Source of the DNA: Actinomycetota bacterium
GTDB taxonomy: Bacteria; Actinomycetota; Coriobacteriia; Anaerosomatales; PHET01
Reading direction: 5' to 3'
NCBI GenBank assembly: GCA_037445775.1
Contig: JBBIJX010000001.1
Location: 4,889 to 68,888 of the forward strand
DNA: 64,000 nt
Under the pieces are notes generated by a model. That model was not told the DNA's origin and searched no databases. It saw nothing but the letters and a program-made list of their open reading frames with translations. Below are positions 12,168 through 19,300 of the stretch, one piece after another (positions within the stretch are counted from its first letter, which is position 1; every line of letters starts with the position of its first letter). A program made the translations under genes and the position numbers.

Positions 12168-13166
12168 TCAGCGGACTCGCACGGTCGTTCCGTTCGGCAC
12201 AAGCCGGGCGAACTCGCGAACAGCGCTGTTGTGCATGCGAATACAGCCTTGGCTCGACGGCATGCCTATGCTCCAGCACGCACCGGGCGCGTGACCGTGG
12301 ATGTAGTAGCCGCTGAAGCGCTGGCCCGAACTCGCCACGCGCCGCAGCGGCCGCCGCAAGGGGCCCCACGCGCCGCTCGAGGGCAGCGAGGGGCCGATCT
12401 TGAAGGTGCCGGCGGGTGTGGGGGCGCCCTTCATGCCCACGGCGATCGGCCACGCCCTCACCACCCGGCCCCCGGAGACATAGAACATCCAGAAGCGGCT
12501 CCGGTAGATGAACACGTAGCGTGATGTGCGCGGCGTGTCCGCGCCTAGGTTGTACACGCGGGCGACGGTGGAGTCCGTCGCCCACCCGAAGCCGTTCCCT
12601 GGCCGCACCTCGACGGTAGCGCGACCGAACGGCACCGCGACCGGCGGCACCGTGAACCAGCCGTCGGCGCCGGGCGGAAGCGTCGCGACCGACGACCGCA
12701 AGGTTTCGCGGACATACGTCTCGACCCGCGTCACGGGAACACCCGCTTCGCCTGAGAAGGCCCAGCGCGGCGCAACGACTTCGTTTCTCACGACCGATAG
12801 CATCGGCGCTCGCGGTCGAAACTCACCTGGGTCGAGAGCGATCGATTGCGACCACATCACCGTGTCTGAGATGCCGAAGGCGGTAACGGTGACTGTGGTC
12901 GTCGTGGCGAGCTGAATCGGCGCGAAGAGCGCCTCCGCAGAGGCGTAGCAGTTCACGACCTCCTCGGCGCCGAGCCCGTCTGTGAGCATGACTCGCGCCG
13001 TCCCGGGGTCGCAGCGCGCGGCAAGTGTGACGGCGCCGGCTTCGTAGTCCACCCGAGCGATGTAGACCCCGCCCTCAGTGGCGCACGCAGAGCTCGGCCT
13101 CGTGGCGCCGGATAGCAGCAGTAGCAGCCCGGACAGTGCGAGCGCGCGCAAGATCCCGAGTCTCAT
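12168..13166 (-). CDS. Secreted L,D-transpeptidase (YkuD domain)
   Basis: A signal peptide (MRLGILRALALSGLLLLLSG) is followed by the C-terminal YkuD signature YYIHGHAPG...SQGCIRMHN. The start overlaps the upstream stop as ATGA. Confidence 0.85.
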   Translation of the reverse strand: MRLGILRALALSGLLLLLSGATRPSSACATEGGVYIARVDYEAGAVTLAARCDPGTARVMLTDGLGAEEVVNCYASAEALFAPIQLATTTTVTVTAFGISDTVMWSQSIALDPGEFRPRAPMLSVVRNEVVAPRWAFSGEAGVPVTRVETYVRETLRSSVATLPPGADGWFTVPPVAVPFGRATVEVRPGNGFGWATDSTVARVYNLGADTPRTSRYVFIYRSRFWMFYVSGGRVVRAWPIAVGMKGAPTPAGTFKIGPSLPSSGAWGPLRRPLRRVASSGQRFSGYYIHGHAPGACWSIGMPSSQGCIRMHNSAVREFARLVPNGTTVRVR

Positions 13167-13663
13167 CGGCGCACCGTGACACTGTAGACCTTGCCCGAGC
13201 GCACCCAGAACTCGGTGGCCGGACCAGCGCCGACCACGTAGCGCGTGTAGACAGCGCCTCGCCGACGCTTCGCGGTCGGATAGCTCGTGCGGAGCGCGGT
13301 CTCGGTCGATCCGACCCTGATGCCCTTCGTGGTCACGTAGCCGCTCGAATAGACCGTCAAGTTGAACGTCGTCTTCGCGCGGTTCGAGTACATGATGAGT
13401 GGATAGCGCCCGCCACCCATCGACTTGCCGAACGAGTGGATGTAGACGGTGCGTGTCGACCCGTCGGCCATCCTGTACTGTCGATCCACCACGGTCTTGG
13501 CGGGCTTCCCGAGCTTCGACAGGTTGTACGTCACTGACCTTCCGAGTCGTGCGCTGCCCACTCCTTTGCCCTCGTACACCTTGACTGTAGCGTGCGCTGC
13601 GGGGGCGAGGCCGAGCGCAAGTGCCACCGAGCAGATGAGCACCGTGCCGTAACTTCGCGTCAT
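13163..13663 (-). CDS. Small secreted protein of unknown function
   Basis: 166 aa with a signal peptide (LICSVALALGLAPAAHA) and a beta-rich composition. It is translationally coupled to the L,D-transpeptidase. Confidence 0.6.
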   Translation of the reverse strand: MTRSYGTVLICSVALALGLAPAAHATVKVYEGKGVGSARLGRSVTYNLSKLGKPAKTVVDRQYRMADGSTRTVYIHSFGKSMGGGRYPLIMYSNRAKTTFNLTVYSSGYVTTKGIRVGSTETALRTSYPTAKRRRGAVYTRYVVGAGPATEFWVRSGKVYSVTVRR

Positions 13664-13749
13664 TCGATGCCCTTTCGTCGCATGCTTCGTTTCAGGCGCC
13701 GACGGAACGGATCCGATCCGCAGTCATATGCTATGCGCCAGCTGCCTCA

Positions 13750-14991
13750 ATGCTAGCATTCCACCATGCGCGCACTCTGAACAGATCAACGTGCGGGGAG
13801 CACGCAGTCGCGATGGACGACAAAAGACTCGACGAAGCAGAGCCTGACAGCGCACGGCCCAAGGCGGCCACGGCGTCGGCTGTCCGCGTCGCATTGCGCT
13901 TCGCAGCTTGCGTCCTGGCTCTTGCTGCCGTCGACGCAACGGTGTCACGATTCGTTCCCGCTCCGGACTTCAGCCGGGATTGGCGCATGCCACGCGCCCT
14001 TCCCACATCAGAACTCCTTCCTGCCGTCGAAGACCTCGAGTCCACCGCTTGCGACGCAAAGAGCCCTGTCGTCGTGTTCCTCGGCGCATCGCCCACGTGG
14101 GGTGACGCGGTCGACGAGGCGCGGGACACCGTTCCGGCGTCATTCGGAAGAGCGGCCCGTGAGGGGACCTCCTCTCCCATCGTCTACAACCTAGCAGCCA
14201 ACGGGCAGCTGGTCGGCGACGGCTACTTCATCGCACGCCGCGTCGAAGACGATGCTGACCTGTTGTTCGTACAGCTCACATATCACGCCTTCAACGCCGA
14301 CTGGCGCGAGCAGGAGCGCATGCGCTATCCCGAGCTACCCGGCCTCCTCGGCGTTCCGATGAACGCCGATCTGGCCGCCGTCCTCGACATCGATCCCACA
14401 CGCCGACCCGACGTCACCGGTATGTTCGACCGCGGCCTTCGTTCGACGTGGCGTCTGTACGGGGCGCGCGATGCACTCGCTTCCCGGCTGCTGGGCGCAA
14501 CTCCTGAGATGTGCGCACGCGAAGGCTGGCAACGGCTGCTCGACCCGGCGCTCGCCGACGCGGAGAAGGATGACACGGGGCTCACGCCGGTCGAAGAGCT
14601 CCCACCCGACCGGCAGATGATGATCATCGACGAGTTCGCCGCAGCCGCGGACTTTCGCGTGCGCACGACCGACAGCGAGACGCGGATGCTCGAGAGGCTT
14701 GCTACCGCCCTCGCGCAAGCGGATACGCGCACCATCTTCTACATGGCACCGATCAACATCGATGCGCTGGAGTCGTACGAGGCCTTCGACTGGACCCGCT
14801 ACGCCGAGAATGTGGCGACACTGCGCCGCATCGTCGAGGCGAAGGGCCATCGATTCCACGACCTGAACACCGGCCTCTCGCTGCCATCTTCCGCGTTCGC
14901 CGACATCAGCCACACCACCGCAGCGGGCAACAACCTGGTCGGCGCAGAGCTGTGGAGACTCGCCAGCGCGCCCACGGGTGATCCGCTGTGA
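13750..14991 (+). CDS. Membrane-anchored extracytoplasmic DltD/AlgJ/SGNH-like acyltransferase partner (putative)
   Basis: About 390-413 aa with an N-terminal TM anchor (VRVALRFAACVLALAAV). It has a candidate nucleophile block VVVFLGASPTWGD and a C-terminal D-x-x-H block (FADISHTTAAGN). Its stop overlaps the MBOAT GTG start as GTGA. The alternative start is ATG 13813. Confidence 0.6.
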   Translation: MLAFHHARTLNRSTCGEHAVAMDDKRLDEAEPDSARPKAATASAVRVALRFAACVLALAAVDATVSRFVPAPDFSRDWRMPRALPTSELLPAVEDLESTACDAKSPVVVFLGASPTWGDAVDEARDTVPASFGRAAREGTSSPIVYNLAANGQLVGDGYFIARRVEDDADLLFVQLTYHAFNADWREQERMRYPELPGLLGVPMNADLAAVLDIDPTRRPDVTGMFDRGLRSTWRLYGARDALASRLLGATPEMCAREGWQRLLDPALADAEKDDTGLTPVEELPPDRQMMIIDEFAAAADFRVRTTDSETRMLERLATALAQADTRTIFYMAPINIDALESYEAFDWTRYAENVATLRRIVEAKGHRFHDLNTGLSLPSSAFADISHTTAAGNNLVGAELWRLASAPTGDPL

Positions 14992-16202
14992 TCTTCAACG
15001 AGCCCGCCTACCTCGCTCTGCTCGCCGTAGTCGTCGCGGTCTTCCGCTTCATCCCCGACCAAGCGAAACCGTGGCTCCTATTCGGCACAGGGCTGGCATT
15101 CTACTGGTACTTCTCGCCCGCGTTCGTCGGGATTCTGCTCGCCGAGTTGGTGCTCGTCTACGTGCTCGGGGCCGTCGTGCGGAGACGCGGTGACGCGACA
15201 ACGCTCGCCTTCGCGGCGGGTTTGGTTGTCACGATCGGGTTGCTCGCGTTCTACAAGTATGGAGGCCTGCTGGCCCGTACGGCGACCGATGTGGGTATGG
15301 TCGGCCTGCCAACCTTCGAGGACTTGTGCCTTCCACTGGCAATCTCGTTCTTCACCTTCGAGTTCGTTCACTACCTGGTCGACGCACGCAAGGGCACACT
15401 TCCTTCTCACGGCGCCGCGGACTTCCTCGCATTCGCGCTCTTCGCGCCCACTCTGGTCGCAGGCCCCATCAAGCGCTTCCAGGGCTTTATGGTTCAAGCG
15501 CGCAGCGCGCGCGCGAACGCAGAAGACATCCGCGCCGGAACGACTCGCATCCTCGTGGGCCTGCTCAAGAAGGTCGTGATTGCAGACACGCTGACGCTGT
15601 GGATTGAAGTGCTCGGCTCGCCGGACGCAATCGCCGGAGCAACGCGGTTTGAGCTGATCGTCGCACTCATCGCGTACTCCTGGCGCATCTACCTGGACTT
15701 CTCGGGCTACTCCGACATAGCGATCGGCTCCGCTCGGCTCTTCGGCATCCGTGTGCCCGAGAACTTCTCATGGCCCTACTTGGCGACGAACATCGCGGAG
15801 TTCTGGCGCCGCTGGCACATATCGCTGATGAGCTGGATCCGTGATTACGTCTACATTCCTTTGGGCGGCAGCCGTTGCGGAACGGCGCGGCAGATGCTCA
15901 ACCTCATGGCGGCGTTCGCGGTGTCCGGCATCTGGCACGGCGCCGCGTGGAACTTCTTGGGGTGGGGGCTCTACCACGGTAGCCTGGTCGCGACCCACCG
16001 GCTGTGGACGCTGCACGTGAAGCCCCGGATTCACCTCCCCACGCCGAACCATCCCGCCGCTCGGCTGGCACTCCGCTACACGGGCCTCGCCGCGAGCGGA
16101 CTGCTGACGTTCGCGCTAGTCACCTTAGGGTGGGGCCTTTTCGCGATGCCGTACTCGCGCTTCCTTACGTTGCTCACGATGCTGATATGGTGGGAGACCT
16201 GA
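14988..16202 (+). CDS. MBOAT family O-acyltransferase (AlgI/DltB/PatA-like)
   Basis: 404 aa and polytopic. It carries the hallmark FWRRWHISLMSWIRDYVYIPLGGSR with the conserved histidine. The C-terminus (LTMLIWWET) has no acyl-shuttle motif. Confidence 0.93.
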   Translation: MIFNEPAYLALLAVVVAVFRFIPDQAKPWLLFGTGLAFYWYFSPAFVGILLAELVLVYVLGAVVRRRGDATTLAFAAGLVVTIGLLAFYKYGGLLARTATDVGMVGLPTFEDLCLPLAISFFTFEFVHYLVDARKGTLPSHGAADFLAFALFAPTLVAGPIKRFQGFMVQARSARANAEDIRAGTTRILVGLLKKVVIADTLTLWIEVLGSPDAIAGATRFELIVALIAYSWRIYLDFSGYSDIAIGSARLFGIRVPENFSWPYLATNIAEFWRRWHISLMSWIRDYVYIPLGGSRCGTARQMLNLMAAFAVSGIWHGAAWNFLGWGLYHGSLVATHRLWTLHVKPRIHLPTPNHPAARLALRYTGLAASGLLTFALVTLGWGLFAMPYSRFLTLLTMLIWWET

Positions 16203-16324
16203 TGCGGGAACGCATCCGCAACACACTGATCGATGTGGGCTGGGGTCTTCTGTGGGCGGCCATGATCGTCGCCGTGGTGCTGTTCTCGTCAGGCGTCTCG
16301 GAGTTCATCTACGTCGACTTCTGA
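16202..16324 (+). CDS. 40 aa single-pass membrane microprotein with a DltX-like C-terminal hexapeptide FIYVDF
   Basis: The ATG overlaps the MBOAT TGA as TGATG. The sequence is MRERIRNTLIDVGWGLLWAAMIVAVVLFSSGVSEFIYVDF*. It is hidden inside the longer track ORF 16004-16324 in the same frame. Confidence 0.55.
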   Translation: MRERIRNTLIDVGWGLLWAAMIVAVVLFSSGVSEFIYVDF

Positions 16325-16331
16325 GACTCGC

Positions 16332-16372
16332 GGCGTGGCGTCGCGAGACGCCTGCCTGAGCGACGTCACGCC
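16332..16372. terminator. Strong stem-loop between convergent genes (bidirectional terminator candidate)
   Basis: A 13 bp stem pairs 16332-16344 with 16360-16372 (one G-U pair) around a 15 nt loop. It lies between the microprotein stop (16324) and the protease stop (16378). Confidence 0.5.
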
Positions 16373-16377
16373 GTGCC

Positions 16378-19300
16378 CTACCGCACCTCCTTCGGCACGT
16401 CACCGGGGCCGAGCATCATGCCCCATGGTTCCGGAAGCCACCGCAGAGCAGCGCGAAGTGAGCGCTTCCCGGCCCCGTCGAGGGCGGCGGTCGGGCCGTA
16501 GACTTCGATACGCTCGATGGAGAGCAAGTTCTCACGGAGCAGATCCGCCGACGGCTGCGGCAACCGCGACTTCGACGTCACGACGATGACCCCGCCGCGT
16601 GTGGCCGCGGCGATCGCTCCGGCCACGGCCTCGGCCGGCCGTCGCGTATTGACGATGGCGACCGTTCCGAACGTCGCAACCCTGCTTTCCTGGGCGAGCC
16701 GGGCTACTGTCACAGCGATCTCGACCGCGTTCGAGCCCTCTAGCCTGTCACGCTGGAGCCAGCCCAGTTGCGATTCGAGCGTGTACTCGGGAATGCGCGA
16801 CTCGCCGCCTGCCACGCGAACGGCGTCGAAGTCGAGATCGTCGATCACCGCCGCAGTCGCTGCGGGCAGCCCCGCCCTGTCTGCAAAGAGCACGGGGATG
16901 CGCTGCGCGTACGCCATGGGCAGCAGGCCCAGCGCGTCGGTCGGGCTGGACCCGCTCACGAGCAGCGCCGTGCGCGACGGTGTCGCCTCAGCGCTCGCGA
17001 TCTCCCTCGCGACGAGCGCCGCGGTCCCGGCGCGGTCCGGACCTGTGAGCGCGCGCACTGCGGTATCCGTCGGCACTGCGGCACGCAGACGCGTCGAGAG
17101 CGCGTCGTCGGCGCCCACGGCGATGACCGTGCGTGCGCCAAGCCGCTGCAGCTCAGCAACAGTTCCGGTAGTGAAGCCAGACGCCTTCGCGAGCAGCAAG
17201 GGCGAACGGTACGCCCCCGCGAGAGCGACAGCCACGACCTGGTCGGCCGTGCGGTCCGCCCGGGCGACAACGACCACTGGCGCGGTCGTGAAGCGCGAGC
17301 GGCTCACGAGCACCGCAGTATCGGCGTGATCGGCACCCGCGATGCGTCGGGTGATCGAGCGTCCGGCCACCGCGACCGGTGCGCTTCGAGCGCTCACGAG
17401 TTCGCCACGGTCGACGGCAGCCACGGAGAAGTAGTACGTCATCCCGGCCTCGAGGTCCTGCGCGAGGTAGCGGACGGTGGGAGTCGCGGGTGCACTCGGC
17501 ACACCCTCGCTGCCCGTGCCCTTGTCCGGCATGCCCGGTCCCGGTTCGGGTGCGGGCATCGGCAGCCGCGGCATCGGCTCGGCCGGCGTGCCCGGCACGC
17601 GCCCGACCCGCTTGAACGGACCGTCCGGCGATGCCGAGCGGTACACGTGATAGCCCATCAGGTCCTTGGTGGTGCTCGCATCCCACTCTAGGCGCGCGCC
17701 TCCCGGCGCCGGCGCAGCCCGAAGGTTCCGTGGCGTCGGCGGGGCCACCACGTTCAGGTAGACGTCATCGCGGAACTCGCGAACTACGCCTGCGACATCG
17801 CGGAACTGGCCGCGCACGACGTGACGTCCCTCAACAGGTCGCAGCTTGACCTGCGCGGTTGGCAAGAAGCGCACCCACTCGCCCCATCCGAGTCCCCCGT
17901 TGAACCGCATCTCGACGGCGCGCGTCACGCGCATGGAGACGTCGACCTCGGGCGCGGACACTGAGTCCGCGCCGCCGGCGACGGTGATCGAGCCGCGCGG
18001 GCCCCGCGTGTCCACCGCAACGCTCACCGTGACGACGGACGAGCGATTGCCCGACCTGTCAGCGGCCTGTACGCCGTAGTGTGCAACGGTGTGCGTCGGG
18101 ACGCGCGACAGTTCGTAGTCAAACGCATGAGCCCCGGGGCCGTCGTAGACCGGGCGGGCGCCCGGGCCGTCGATCCCCGCATCGCCCGGCGCGATGCGAG
18201 CAACCCGGACAGACGCCGAACCGCTCGGCTCGGTGCTCATCCACGAGACGCCCACGAACCCGTCCTCAACGGTCGCGTCGACACCGCGCGGCGTGGCCGG
18301 AGCCACCGTGTCGACGATGCGCGCGTCGGCCGAAGCGGGATTGGAGAGGTTCCCGTCCCGATCCCACGCGTACGCGTGGTAGAACACCCGGTCTCCGTGA
18401 ACCAGTCCGGCGTCCGCGGCGACTGTTGCGGTGCCCTCGTAGACGACCGTCGCTTCGGAATCCTCGGCGCCTGATGGTGCGACGCCGACGCGTCGCACGA
18501 CCCTGACCCCTGCGAAGTCCGCATCGGGAGGATTGGTCCAGCTGAGCCGTATGTCGCCGTTCGTCCCCGCCTGTGCGACGAAGCGCCCGGGGGGTGCCGG
18601 CGCGAAGAGCGAACGTGAGACACGCAACCCACGAGTATAGGCCCACGGAGACGTCTGCGTTGCGGTCTTCGATCTGAGGCGCAACGTCACGTTCCCGGAC
18701 TCAGCAGCAGGCACGCTCCAGCCCATCGATCGCGAGCCTGCAGGTGCGACTCCAACCGTGCGAAACGCGTTGGCGACCAACTTGATGTCGTCAATCGCTA
18801 CGCAGTCGTTGCCGTAGGTGAAGTCACCGAACGCCTTGCCGATCGTCCATCTCAGCGTGTGCTCACCCGACGAGAGATTCACCTGGACGCGGCGCCACGG
18901 AACGGGCAGAGGCCAGAGCCAGTCCACGTACTCCCCGTCAACCATGAAATCGGCCCACTGGTCCATGGCGTCCATCTTCCACCAGAACGACAGCGTGCCA
19001 CCCCCTTCGGGCACGTCCACCTTCGCCTCGACGGTCGATGTCTCGTAGCCGCTGATCTCCCAGAATATGAAGCCGCCCGACTCGTCTCGTTCCTCGGCCA
19101 CGACCTTGACCGAGCCAGCGGGGTTCATCGAACGGCTCCGCAGCGCCGCGCCGCCGCTTCGCACGAGCGCCAGATCCTGCGTCACGTACCATGAGTGCGA
19201 CCCTGGCGGCGTTGTGAACCGGATGGGCACGCCGTACTCGAAACCCTCTTCGTAGGCGGTGAACGGCAGGCCCTGCTGCAGTTCGAAGGTCGCCCCGGAG

